NCBI GenBank assembly: GCA_038867615.1
Contig: JAWBYA010000002.1
Coordinates: 160,001-224,000, forward strand
Length of the DNA: 64,000 nucleotides
Direction: 5' to 3'
DNA from: Sulfolobales archaeon
GTDB lineage: Archaea; Thermoproteota; Thermoprotei_A; Sulfolobales; AG1
Shown here: piece by piece, positions 31,884 through 41,672 of the stretch
Position numbering within the stretch: position 1 is the first letter of the stretch
How the letters are laid out: every line of letters starts with the position of its first letter
Position numbers and translations under genes: made by a program
The notes under the pieces: model-generated
What the model saw: only the letters and a program-made list of their open reading frames with translations
The model's database searches: none
Told to the model about the DNA's origin: nothing

Positions 31884-32324
31884 CTAGTGGGTGTGCATAC
31901 TCCCTTGGGCTGTCTCTTTTATCGGGACTGTTATCCTTATATCGCCGCTTCTCTGGAAGTGGAGTATTAATACTATCTCCTTTATACTATCCATTATCTC
32001 TGTATAGTTCCCCATGATCATGATGTGGTATCCTCCAGGCTCTAGCCTAGCCTCTGATCTGCCTGGTATGCATATAGAATCCACAGGCTCCATCCTGGCT
32101 ACACCGCTGCTCATAACAGTTCTATGGATCTCTGCCTTCATCTTCATGGGGCTTATCATTTCAACACCTACCAAGCAGTCCTGCCCAAACCCGTGGTTAT
32201 GGATCATCATATAGACACCTATTACCCTTGGCGTTATTTTCCCATACTGGTCGTGGATCTCTATGGATGGTGCTGCAAAATATGGGATTGCTAGATATAG
32301 AGACGCAACTGCTATTACCACCAC
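31884..32324 (-). CDS. PCuAC-family copper chaperone
   Basis: GVYMMIHN, AEIHRT...ARM, LEPGGYHIMIM: H-x10-M...HxM pattern. Confidence 0.9.
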   Translation of the reverse strand: MVVIAVASLYLAIPYFAAPSIEIHDQYGKITPRVIGVYMMIHNHGFGQDCLVGVEMISPMKMKAEIHRTVMSSGVARMEPVDSICIPGRSEARLEPGGYHIMIMGNYTEIMDSIKEIVLILHFQRSGDIRITVPIKETAQGSMHTH

Positions 32325-32443
32325 AACCGCTGCTAGGATTAATAGCTCTCGCTTCTCTATAATAAACCACCATGCATAAGCCTGCTGGGAATTATATAAG
32401 TGTTCTTAAAGATCTGCATATAGTTATATAGATCCTTATAGAG

Positions 32444-32821
32444 CTACCTATTAGCAGCCTCAGCCTCCTCACCAAACACGGCTTCGTAGATATATAGTAC
32501 TGCCACGGCTACTCCTCCTATGAGGGCTATTGTCAGCATGATCTCCGATGCCATGCCAGCAACCCCAACCCTGTTTATCCCTAGCAATGAGGCACAGAAT
32601 GCTATGAAATCCGACAAGACCCCCCTATCTATCCCCAGCCTTATCATTATCGAGACGAGTATTGGGACTCCTACTAGGAAGAAGCTCAGCAGCGCTATGA
32701 ATGGTAACGGTAGTGTTTTCCTACCCATGCTCCACCTAGAATCCATATCCCTCTGGGGTAGATATGCTTGGCATCTATAACGGTTATAAGCCTCTATTTC
32801 TATAAGCCCTTGGGGTCTCAT
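32444..32821 (-). CDS. Hypothetical membrane protein (start likely at MDS or MGR)
   Basis: Two to three hydrophobic helices. Confidence 0.5.
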   Translation of the reverse strand: MRPQGLIEIEAYNRYRCQAYLPQRDMDSRWSMGRKTLPLPFIALLSFFLVGVPILVSIMIRLGIDRGVLSDFIAFCASLLGINRVGVAGMASEIMLTIALIGGVAVAVLYIYEAVFGEEAEAANR

Positions 32822-33044
32822 GACTCTATCAAGGATCAGGCTCTATGTGCTGGGTCTAGCGCTAACAGCCCTCATAATGTCGGCTGTTTTTGGAGCCATA
32901 TTCATCTTTATCCACGAGATCAACATAACCCTCATAATAGCAGCTGTTGCTGTGATCCTTGTTGTTTGGGGTGTTAATACATACTATCTATTAAGGATCA
33001 TCGATGAAGAGGAGAGGGTTGGGGCTAGGGCTGGAGAGGACTAG
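32820..33044 (+). CDS. Small two-TM protein
   Basis: Hydrophobic hairpin; abuts the next gene. Confidence 0.6.
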   Translation: MTLSRIRLYVLGLALTALIMSAVFGAIFIFIHEINITLIIAAVAVILVVWGVNTYYLLRIIDEEERVGARAGED

Positions 33045-33046
33045 CC

Positions 33047-33616
33047 TTGCCAAGGCTATTCGTCGCTGTCGAGATCGAGGATAGCTCTACGCTCTCAAGG
33101 ATTATTGGGGTTAGGGATAGGATCTCTGGTTTGGGTGTTGATCTAAAGCCTGTTGAGGATGAAAACATACACCTCACACTAAGGTTTCTCGGGGATGTCG
33201 AGGATTCACTGATCCCGAGTATATATAGGGCTGTTGACGAGCTCTCATCCTTCGGATCTTTTGTAATGAGGGTAAGGGGCATAGGGGCTTTTCCAAGTAC
33301 TAAGAATCCCAGGGTTGTCTGGGTTGGTGTTGCTGATGGGAGCGAGATTCTCAGGTCTATGAGGAGCGCTCTTGACAGGGGTCTCAGAGGGCTTAGGGTC
33401 CATGAGGATGAGCATGCCTTTCACCCACACATAACAATAGCCAGAGTTAGGGGTAGGTCTAACCTCGATATCCTCTCGAGATATATCGAGGAGAACATAG
33501 ATCTAGAGTTTGGAGTATCCCCGGTCACCAAGGTTGTTCTCAAGAAGAGCACACTAACCCCAAGGGGACCTATATATTCCGATCTCAGGGTAGTGGTTCT
33601 CTCGGGCCCTAGGTGA
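33047..33616 (+). CDS. thpR: RNA 2',3'-cyclic phosphodiesterase (2H phosphoesterase)
   Basis: RLFVAV, HLTLRFLG, HPHITIAR, STLTPRGPIY. Confidence 0.93.
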   Translation: MPRLFVAVEIEDSSTLSRIIGVRDRISGLGVDLKPVEDENIHLTLRFLGDVEDSLIPSIYRAVDELSSFGSFVMRVRGIGAFPSTKNPRVVWVGVADGSEILRSMRSALDRGLRGLRVHEDEHAFHPHITIARVRGRSNLDILSRYIEENIDLEFGVSPVTKVVLKKSTLTPRGPIYSDLRVVVLSGPR

Positions 33617-35032
33617 TCAGTCGCTCCGGCTTGTTTGGAGATCTATAAGGTATCTTGGGAGCGATGCTAGGAAGCATGCCAGCCATTCCTTAAAACCCTT
33701 GCCTCCCTCCCAGGTTTTAAGGATCTCTTCCGGGTCTAGGTAGATCCTGTCAACCCCTACTATATCCCTCGGTAGTTGGGATGCGATTATGATCCTCTCT
33801 ATAGCATCTATAACAGATCTATTCCTCTTCCTAACTCCGTGGAGCCTTCCATGATCGTCTATCCAGAAGCCCTCGCCCATTGATAGTTGTTTCTCTATAA
33901 ACTCTATGGAGTTATCGACATTCGCGGGAGGCCCCTCCACATGGATCGGTTCTTCTGGGTTGCATGATAGGAGTTCTAGGATTATTAGAGCCTTGTTAGA
34001 AGCCTCATCCCAGTACTCGTCTCTCCTAAGTACTGGGTAGTTCTCTGACGAGAGTATATTATATATTCTCCTCGATAGGCTCTTAACCTCCCCCCATATA
34101 TTGTCTGGAGCATTTTGCCCGAGCTTTAGCTGGATGGCAACTATACACGACCCCCTTTCCCTCTGCTTCGAGATAGCCGTTTTAAGGCGAGTCTCGCTGA
34201 TCTCGGGGGGTTCGAAGAAGAACCTCCCGGGTTTTTCTAGATATAGCTTTGAGGCTAGGATAAAGCTTGAGAGGCTCTTAATAGTAACAGCGGCTCCCGC
34301 GTTTCTCCTAACATCGACTGGGTCTGGTATTATGAGTGCTGATCCCTTGAAGAGTCTTCTAGCATCATCCACAGAGATCTTATCCTCAGCCCCTGGGGGT
34401 ATTACGACTACAGGGGGTCTCCATCTAGAGGCTCTCTCAAGAACCTCGAGGAAGCCTCCATAGCTTATTATGAGTAGCTCTGCAACATACCCCGAGAAAC
34501 CGCCAACCTTTATCTCGGCACCATATACCTCGACACCCTTCATGAACTTCTTAAGAAGCCTCACATGGTCCTTGAGATCCTCTCTAAGCATTTTCCTAAC
34601 ATATTCTGTGTGGAATGGCGTTCTATCAGCCGCTGTTAGAGCTTCTGAAGCCTTCTCGATCTTTATAGCGGGAACTATATCTGCTTCGAAACCCTCTATC
34701 CTTGCCCTGAGGTATGGGTGCTCGGCATATCTCTCTTCAACCTCTATGTCGCCTAGGGCTTTTCTGGCAAGCCTTACAAAGTTATCCCTGATCCATTTCC
34801 TCCCAAGCTCTCTCGGGATTAGGACAAAGACGTCTAGATCCAGATCCCCTGAGATAGCCGTCCCCTTAGCTATAGATCCGTAGAGATCTATTGAGAAACC
34901 GTCTCTAAAAACCTCTGAGAGTCTCTCCCTGATAAGATCATAGATCCTATGGGCTTTCCTGATCTCCTCCTCAGATGGTCTGATCCTCTCTAGAATCTCT
35001 AGAGCTATTTTCCAAGCATCACTGCTAGGCAA
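33617..35032 (-). CDS. cca: Archaeal class I CCA-adding enzyme
   Basis: GSIAKGT...DLDLDVF, YAEHPY, ADRTPFH, YGAEIKVGGFSGY, DPVDVRRNAG. Confidence 0.96.
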   Translation of the reverse strand: MPSSDAWKIALEILERIRPSEEEIRKAHRIYDLIRERLSEVFRDGFSIDLYGSIAKGTAISGDLDLDVFVLIPRELGRKWIRDNFVRLARKALGDIEVEERYAEHPYLRARIEGFEADIVPAIKIEKASEALTAADRTPFHTEYVRKMLREDLKDHVRLLKKFMKGVEVYGAEIKVGGFSGYVAELLIISYGGFLEVLERASRWRPPVVVIPPGAEDKISVDDARRLFKGSALIIPDPVDVRRNAGAAVTIKSLSSFILASKLYLEKPGRFFFEPPEISETRLKTAISKQRERGSCIVAIQLKLGQNAPDNIWGEVKSLSRRIYNILSSENYPVLRRDEYWDEASNKALIILELLSCNPEEPIHVEGPPANVDNSIEFIEKQLSMGEGFWIDDHGRLHGVRKRNRSVIDAIERIIIASQLPRDIVGVDRIYLDPEEILKTWEGGKGFKEWLACFLASLPRYLIDLQTSRSD

Positions 35033-35188
35033 GCCGTTCTCCAGAGATCATTCCCAGGAATCGCTTATAAGTAGGAGCAAGCCTGTTAGAGTATTATCTA
35101 CTCAGTGACCAAATAGATCTATGGATTAAATAGGTAAACAAAACAGAGGAGAAATATTTGAGAGAAAAAACATATCTAGTTCTAAGCC

Positions 35189-36550
35189 TTACTTCGCAGC
35201 AACAGCCTTCCTTACCTGGAGGAATGTTAGCAGTGCGAATACGAATGCCAGCAGAGCTAGTACTATCGCAACCGCTATAGGTGTCATTAACCCGCCAACG
35301 CTGGAGTTAACACCGTCTATCTTGCCACTGAGATCCCTGCTAACAGTATCGAGCTTTGAGCTGACGCCAGCTACTGCAGATGATAGTGCGTCTCTAGCAG
35401 AGGTTATCGAGCCCCTCAGGTCGGAGGCTACTGTGTCTAGCTTGCCAGATAGTGTGTCTAGCTTGCCTGAAAGGTCTCTCTGCCCTGTTAGCAGTGTTGC
35501 TATGTCTGTCCTCATCCCTGTTATATCTGTTCTCAAGCCAGCCACCGTTGCTCTGAGATCGTCTAGAACAGCTATCCTAGTCCTTATATCTGCCACAGCA
35601 GATGATACACCTGCTATCGAGCTGTTTAGGCTAGCCACACCGCTCTTGAGATCGCTTGATATTGTGTCAAGCTTTGAGGATATATCGCTCAGAGCTGTTG
35701 TCAGTGCTGCCTGTGCTGCCTGGAACTGCTGCGTGAGGCTTGCCACCTGTGATGATAGGCTTGCCACCTGTGCTTGTAGGGCTGATAGGCTTGTGTTGAG
35801 CTGCTGGAGTGTTGACGCAACAGCACTTGTCTGGGTAGATAGTGCAGACAGCTGTGCTTGTACGGCTTGTAGCTGTGCTTGTACTGCTGCTAGCTGTGAT
35901 GATAGGTTAGCGTTCTGCTGCTGGAGCTGTGCTATCAGGCTTGCTAGCGATGTTATCTTTATATCGCCCACGTTGTTGACGCCAACAGATACTGTGACTC
36001 TAACGGATGTGCTTAGATAGTTCGGGGCACTTACCGCCAGTGTGTAGCTGCCTGGGTTGACGCTCACACTGAACCTACCGTCAGCACCTGTTGTTGCTCT
36101 CACACCTGCTTCGACGAGCTTTACAGTAGCACCCTCCACTGGGGCTCCTGTCTCGTCGATCACTCTCCCGGTTACAGAGGCTAGTGCCGCTAGCCTGAAT
36201 GTTGTCTCGGCAACAGCTGCGTCTTGCTGTGCCCTCACCCTATAGGTTCCCGGTGGGAAGTTGGGGTCTGGCGTTGTTGGTAGTGTGAAGCTCGTTGTTA
36301 CTGTACCATCGGTCCCTGCTGTCCTCTGGTCTAGGAATACTAGAGCGTTGTTAGGGTTATACACACCTATAACGACATCCCTGTTAGGGGTTGCCCCCGA
36401 TACTGTTATAACCACTGTCTCCCCACTGACATATTCTGATTTGTTTGTTGCTACTGCTAGCTGTGCCAGCGCTATTGGCACCATGCTTGCTAGGATTATA
36501 GCGGTGATCGCTATTAGAGCGGCTTTGGCAGTGCTTCTCATGGTAGCCAC
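35189..36550 (-). CDS. S-layer stalk/anchor protein (SlaB-like): Ig-like domains, long coiled coil, C-terminal TM
   Basis: Signal peptide, carboxypeptidase-regulatory-like domain (VTGRVIDETGAPVEGATV), about 220-aa heptad region, C-terminal TM plus basic tail; directly follows the S-layer gene. Confidence 0.7.
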   Translation of the reverse strand: MATMRSTAKAALIAITAIILASMVPIALAQLAVATNKSEYVSGETVVITVSGATPNRDVVIGVYNPNNALVFLDQRTAGTDGTVTTSFTLPTTPDPNFPPGTYRVRAQQDAAVAETTFRLAALASVTGRVIDETGAPVEGATVKLVEAGVRATTGADGRFSVSVNPGSYTLAVSAPNYLSTSVRVTVSVGVNNVGDIKITSLASLIAQLQQQNANLSSQLAAVQAQLQAVQAQLSALSTQTSAVASTLQQLNTSLSALQAQVASLSSQVASLTQQFQAAQAALTTALSDISSKLDTISSDLKSGVASLNSSIAGVSSAVADIRTRIAVLDDLRATVAGLRTDITGMRTDIATLLTGQRDLSGKLDTLSGKLDTVASDLRGSITSARDALSSAVAGVSSKLDTVSRDLSGKIDGVNSSVGGLMTPIAVAIVLALLAFVFALLTFLQVRKAVAAK

Positions 36551-36552
36551 CT

Positions 36553-39459
36553 CTAGATCCTCACGGCAGCCCTATAGCTTTGCTGAGATATAGCTGAGGC
36601 CGCGATCCCGGGCGCCACAGTGCCGCCAACAACTGTTACCGTGAACTCAAGCTTATCAGCTAGAGGCGTTAGGTCTGTGAGGCTCTTGACAGCAGTTATC
36701 CTCACGGTATAGCTGCCTGGGGCTGGGAATGCGAATGAGAACGTCATACCGATCGTCTGGCCAGCCGGTATTGTTATCACCAGGGCCTGGATTGTTAGCG
36801 GTACTCCTCTAGCATCTAGCACCTGGAAGAGGAATGTTGCTGTGGTTGCCACTGGGTTGTTGTTGGTCGCGTTGAGTGAGAATAGCACTAGCCTTCCAGC
36901 AACAGGCTGTGTCACAGGAGTACCATCGGCATAGGTCATTGTAGCTGTTGGTGGGAACGATACTGGCTTCTCCAACACCTGACCAACAGTTGCCCTAGCA
37001 ACTATATCCTTAGCTCTCCCAGTTGCAGCATAGTCAGCTGGATACGAATCTGTGTATGTCACTGTTATCACATCACCGAACCTGGCGAATATGTAGCCAG
37101 ACCTGCCGAAATCTTCAGGTCTGTTGGAGACCGTGATATAGCCTATGAATGTCCCAGGTACTAAGAATAGCTCGTTCAACGTAACAGACACGCCTATAGG
37201 ATCGCTGGTTGATGTGACTCTGACAGTAACAGTCCCAATAGCGTCTGGATCAGTTACATTTATAGTTATAACATCGCCAGGCATGTAGAACGGCTTATCA
37301 AGCCTAACCACACCGTCGAAGCTTACGAAGAATACCGTGGATGTCACAATAATAGGCCCTGCAGGTGTTGATGGATCTGTGTATATTATCTCGATCCTCC
37401 CACCCAGCAATAGCTCTCTAACAGTTGGTGCGAACAAGCTCTTACTAGGCGTATCTCTAAACACGCCTGTGTTCTTATCGGTCTCAGTGGCTGTCCTAGT
37501 TATAACTGTGCCGTTCCATAGTCTAATGCTATAAGTTATAGTATCCTGGCTGTTTATGTTCCTATTCATATCAGGATCCCTTATTACCACATTAAGACTG
37601 CCATGAGGCCCTGTCCTGGTACCATCAGCAGGGCTTTCTATAGAACCAGCTGTGGCTAGAACTCTAACGCTGGCTGTAACAGTCCTAGACACCCAGCTCG
37701 AAGCACCCAGAGGAGTCTCTACTGAGTTGTTGTGCACGTAGCTAAACGTAATAACCTTCCCTGGATCAGCATATATATTGCCATCATTAGCAACCGTTAG
37801 GAGAGCTGTGAACACACCGCTGTTTGGAGCAGTCTCATTAAGCGTTACAGTCGTTGGGAAAGCAGCTCCCGAAACCTTCACAACCAGTGTGTCGAATTTC
37901 GATGTGTCGTTGTTGGCCGCTGGGTTGACAACTGTAATACTTATAGCATTTCCATATACCACATTAACAGAGGCTGTTTCGTTAACACTTATAGATACAT
38001 CAACAACCCTTATAGGTATGTCTCTGCGCTCCTTCACACCAGATGGGGATAGATACTCCACCCTCAAGAAGCCATTCTGAACCTGGTATGGCGGCTGGAA
38101 AGCAGCACTACCATTAATCAATATCACCACAGACACGGTGGGAAGCCTGGGTATCACATGCGGTGTAGTCGCGTTCAGCTGCAGATTACTCTTGAAGGCG
38201 TTTCCTACAGCATTATAGATCGTTATGTTGAGCGTCTTACCAAACACAACCTGGTTAGAGGCGTCTGTTATATAAGGATCTACTATGGTCACATTGATCG
38301 ATATGTTATAATCAGTAGTAGCTGGTATGAAATCCCTATCAACAAACACACTAACCGGGGCAGGAGGCGCCACAGTTATAGTTACATTGACAACGTCGAA
38401 GTAATTCTTAATAGCTGAAGCACCAAAGTCCGTGATCTGCTGTGCATCAATACCTGTGCCAGCACCGAATAACGCGCCAGCTAGGTCAAATGCTGGTGTT
38501 GAGTTTGCCTTAGGCACCAGTATCGATATGTTATAGCTACCCTCCTTAAGTATCTTGCCTGTGGCGAAGAATCTCCCGGTAGCATTAACACCAGTACTAT
38601 TCACAAGCATACCCAGAGTATTCACACCAGTATTCCAGAACTTCCCAGTATTTCTACCAGTCTCGATCAGGGTGAAGTTGTTCGTCAGATAGTATCCAAG
38701 GCTATCATTACCAAACACGATATATATAGTCGTATTATCCCTCAAATTCCACCATACATTGAGATCTGGTGCCGTCACATTAAATATACCCGTTAGAGGA
38801 ACATCATCAACACTAGCTCTTGAAGACACCGTGCTCGGAATCCCCTCAACACCTGATGCTGCTGTGTGTTTGAAGATCAGCTCCTTGAATACCACAGGAG
38901 TCCCAGCAAAGCTTGTGTTGAATATCTGTATAATGTCACCACTACTCATATTAAGTGCTGGGGCAACAAATGCAGGCGAGCATGTTGCGTTCCTGAAATC
39001 TGTTAGGCTTGTCGGTCCGGGGGGTGTTGCGTTATGGAAAGCCAGGTGCGTGTTGTTTATAAATACTGTTGTGCTATATACGCTTACAAGAGCGCCGTCA
39101 ACGGCTGGTCTTGCTGTTACTTCACATGTGAATCTTATAACCGTCCTATCGGGTGATAGAACTCTTAGACCTATTTTTACTGTTGGGAATGTGGTCGTAT
39201 TTACGAAATCATTGAAGGTTATGTTTACCAGCACTGTGTTGTTGAACCATATGTTGCCGTTGAATGGAGCGCCATCCCTTGATGTAGTTACTGCGGAAAC
39301 ATTATCTGCCGCTACTGTCTGGGCGCTTGCTATTAATGGTCTTCCCAGTATTGATACTAGGGGTGCTGGTGCTACTCCGAGTATTGATGCTACTATTAAT
39401 CCTAGGATTGTTGTTCCAACTATTCTTCTAACCAGATCTAATCTAGATCTTCCTGCCAC
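36553..39459 (-). CDS. Probable major S-layer glycoprotein (repeated Ig-like domains)
   Basis: Signal peptide, many N-x-S/T sequons, Thr/Val-rich, repeated ETxxN(T/S)GxF and DPD-like motifs. Confidence 0.75.
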   Translation of the reverse strand: MAGRSRLDLVRRIVGTTILGLIVASILGVAPAPLVSILGRPLIASAQTVAADNVSAVTTSRDGAPFNGNIWFNNTVLVNITFNDFVNTTTFPTVKIGLRVLSPDRTVIRFTCEVTARPAVDGALVSVYSTTVFINNTHLAFHNATPPGPTSLTDFRNATCSPAFVAPALNMSSGDIIQIFNTSFAGTPVVFKELIFKHTAASGVEGIPSTVSSRASVDDVPLTGIFNVTAPDLNVWWNLRDNTTIYIVFGNDSLGYYLTNNFTLIETGRNTGKFWNTGVNTLGMLVNSTGVNATGRFFATGKILKEGSYNISILVPKANSTPAFDLAGALFGAGTGIDAQQITDFGASAIKNYFDVVNVTITVAPPAPVSVFVDRDFIPATTDYNISINVTIVDPYITDASNQVVFGKTLNITIYNAVGNAFKSNLQLNATTPHVIPRLPTVSVVILINGSAAFQPPYQVQNGFLRVEYLSPSGVKERRDIPIRVVDVSISVNETASVNVVYGNAISITVVNPAANNDTSKFDTLVVKVSGAAFPTTVTLNETAPNSGVFTALLTVANDGNIYADPGKVITFSYVHNNSVETPLGASSWVSRTVTASVRVLATAGSIESPADGTRTGPHGSLNVVIRDPDMNRNINSQDTITYSIRLWNGTVITRTATETDKNTGVFRDTPSKSLFAPTVRELLLGGRIEIIYTDPSTPAGPIIVTSTVFFVSFDGVVRLDKPFYMPGDVITINVTDPDAIGTVTVRVTSTSDPIGVSVTLNELFLVPGTFIGYITVSNRPEDFGRSGYIFARFGDVITVTYTDSYPADYAATGRAKDIVARATVGQVLEKPVSFPPTATMTYADGTPVTQPVAGRLVLFSLNATNNNPVATTATFLFQVLDARGVPLTIQALVITIPAGQTIGMTFSFAFPAPGSYTVRITAVKSLTDLTPLADKLEFTVTVVGGTVAPGIAASAISQQSYRAAVRI

Positions 39460-39728
39460 TATCTAGTCACCTTCGTTATTTGTATTAGGGGTAGGCGTAT
39501 AAAAAGGTTGTGTGCATTTGTGTGCACAACTGTATCCAGATCTTAATGTTGATCCTAGATCCTCATTCTAGTTATGGATTTGGGCTTTCATCGCCCCATT
39601 TTCGTGTTCCAGGCGGGTCTTTCTCACAATCTATCATCCAGGTTCACATGTAGATCTCTATTCCGTTTTATTGTGATATGGTTTGTTTTGATTGGTTCTT
39701 TGCTAGCCGGGTTTTCTGAGTACTCCTG

Positions 39729-41030
39729 CTACTTGGTTTTTATGATCGATATGTCGTCTATGATGTAGATCTTGTTTCCATTGCTAGCTGTTACAAGCCC
39801 GTCTTGTTTTTTGTAGATTGTTGCGTTGCTATAGGTTTTCGCTGTTCCTTGTGCTGTTAGTCCGTAGATCCATGTGTGGGTAGGTGTTGCCGGGAGTGGT
39901 GGGTAGATGTAGCAGTCTCTGTCTGTTGGTATGTATAGTATTTGGATGCCCAGGGATATTGAGAGTGTTGTTTGTGTGCTGCTATAGCTTGCCACCTGTG
40001 CTGCCCATGTTGGTCTGTAGTATAGGTATCCCCAATCGTAGTAGCATATGAGTGTGCTGGCACCCACGATCCCTAGGTCTCCTGGTGAGAGCCTGTTTGT
40101 TGTTATAGATATGCTCCAGCCGCTTGGCATGTCTGCTAGTGTGAGGGTTGCTGTGTATGTTGCGCCCCATGATAGATATGTTTCTCTGGACACGCTTCCC
40201 ACAGCGCTTGAGGGGATTATTACGATCTGTCTCGATACCTTAACACCGAGTATCGGGTCGTATGTGTAGCTAACAGTATCCATTAGCACGGAGTAGAGAT
40301 CATGGGTTCTCGTAGCACTCCACGGTGGTGGGAAGCTTATTGTCACGCTCGGCTTCTGGTAACTAACGCTCGGCGGGTTGAACCAGCTTGTTGTATTGAG
40401 CATCCCGAGCTCTGCCGGGGTTTCCTCGAGATATATATACCCATCGATTGGTGATTGGAATATTATGTATCTATTATCGATATCCCACCTATATGTCGTT
40501 ATATTCATCCTCACACCATTCTGGTAATAATATGCTGAATAGCTCGTCAAGCCAGTGTTTATGGCATAGTAGATCCCCCTAACAGCGCTTAACACAATAG
40601 ATGTGTTAGCGATACCTCCATCCCCAAACCTATATATATAGACCCTACCCCTCTCGGTAAACACTGCTAGAAAGCCCCTGCTGGATGCTGCTTGCTGCAA
40701 CTGATCCTTTGAAAGAACCTCAACCCTGGATCCTGGCTCTAGCTTTATAGATTTATTCATAGCCATTACTATCGATGAGCCGTTAGACACAGCTATATAG
40801 ACAATCCTAGCACCAGATCCTGTGTAGGCATAGATGCCCCCGGAGCTCGTGTTGAGATAGAGATCTAGATTCTCCGAAGAAGCCTCTAAAAGACCCCTAA
40901 AAGCCTCTCTATAAGCCTCACCCTGCCTAGAGAGATTAGCCACAGCTGATGAGTATAGAGAAGCAAAGATCACAAGGATCAGGGACATAACTATAGCACC
41001 ATATAGCGAAGAAGCCTCGCCCCTAACCAA
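39729..41030 (-). CDS. Large pilin-like/adhesin protein with class III signal peptide
   Basis: Re-assigned TTG start (GAGGT upstream) gives MVRG|EASSLYGAIVMSLILVIF; Tyr/Thr/Ser-rich C-terminus. Confidence 0.6.
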   Translation of the reverse strand: MVRGEASSLYGAIVMSLILVIFASLYSSAVANLSRQGEAYREAFRGLLEASSENLDLYLNTSSGGIYAYTGSGARIVYIAVSNGSSIVMAMNKSIKLEPGSRVEVLSKDQLQQAASSRGFLAVFTERGRVYIYRFGDGGIANTSIVLSAVRGIYYAINTGLTSYSAYYYQNGVRMNITTYRWDIDNRYIIFQSPIDGYIYLEETPAELGMLNTTSWFNPPSVSYQKPSVTISFPPPWSATRTHDLYSVLMDTVSYTYDPILGVKVSRQIVIIPSSAVGSVSRETYLSWGATYTATLTLADMPSGWSISITTNRLSPGDLGIVGASTLICYYDWGYLYYRPTWAAQVASYSSTQTTLSISLGIQILYIPTDRDCYIYPPLPATPTHTWIYGLTAQGTAKTYSNATIYKKQDGLVTASNGNKIYIIDDISIIKTK

Positions 41031-41388
41031 CAACCTCAACAGAAACAACCCCCGAAGAGCTATTGCTAACAATATAGAGGGGCCTCGAAGAGACAGAGAT
41101 CTCAAGAGTCCTTGCAGAACGGGCTGGGATATAGATACCAAGCCCAACAGAAGACCCGTCTGAGAGGATAAGACTAGCAACAGATGAATCAACAGAACCG
41201 TAGTTTACCAAAACCAAAAGCCATGAAGAACCATTAGCAAGAGCATAAACCCTAAGCATAGAGGGAACCTCGACAGAGGGTTGAGTATTAAGAACACCCC
41301 TAGACCTCTCAACAAGGACAACACCTATAGGGATAACAATAGCAAGCATAACAAGAGAAATAACAAGACCCGAAACACCCCTAACCAC
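41023..41388 (-). CDS. Type IV pilin-like protein
   Basis: GTG start gives MVRG|VSGLVISLVMLAIVIPIG; LVLVNYGS beta-sandwich motif; 8-nt overlap with the next gene. Confidence 0.65.
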   Translation of the reverse strand: MVRGVSGLVISLVMLAIVIPIGVVLVERSRGVLNTQPSVEVPSMLRVYALANGSSWLLVLVNYGSVDSSVASLILSDGSSVGLGIYIPARSARTLEISVSSRPLYIVSNSSSGVVSVEVVG

Positions 41389-41672
41389 ACAACCCCCAAG
41401 GAAAAAGACCACCTAAATATAAGTGAGAGGGCAGAGCGAAACTAAAGCGCTGGAAACAATCCTGCCAAAAAGATCTCTCCCCAAGCAGAGCCCAGCAACT
41501 CTATGTAATAACCATAGAACAGCCCAAAGCTATCCTAGGAGGAAACATGCCTGGAGAATAGCAACAGGCTGCATGGACCTGAAATCGACGAAGAACTCTA
41601 GATCCTTGCAATGAATCCCTAACGCTGCAAAGGCTAATGCTGGGTAAAGGTGGTTTAGGAAAACACGCTGGA

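Noticed and set aside
41031-41192. N-terminal 54 aa of ORF 39729-41192
   Set aside because: It overlaps the upstream pilin gene; the RBS and signal peptide point to a start near 41030.
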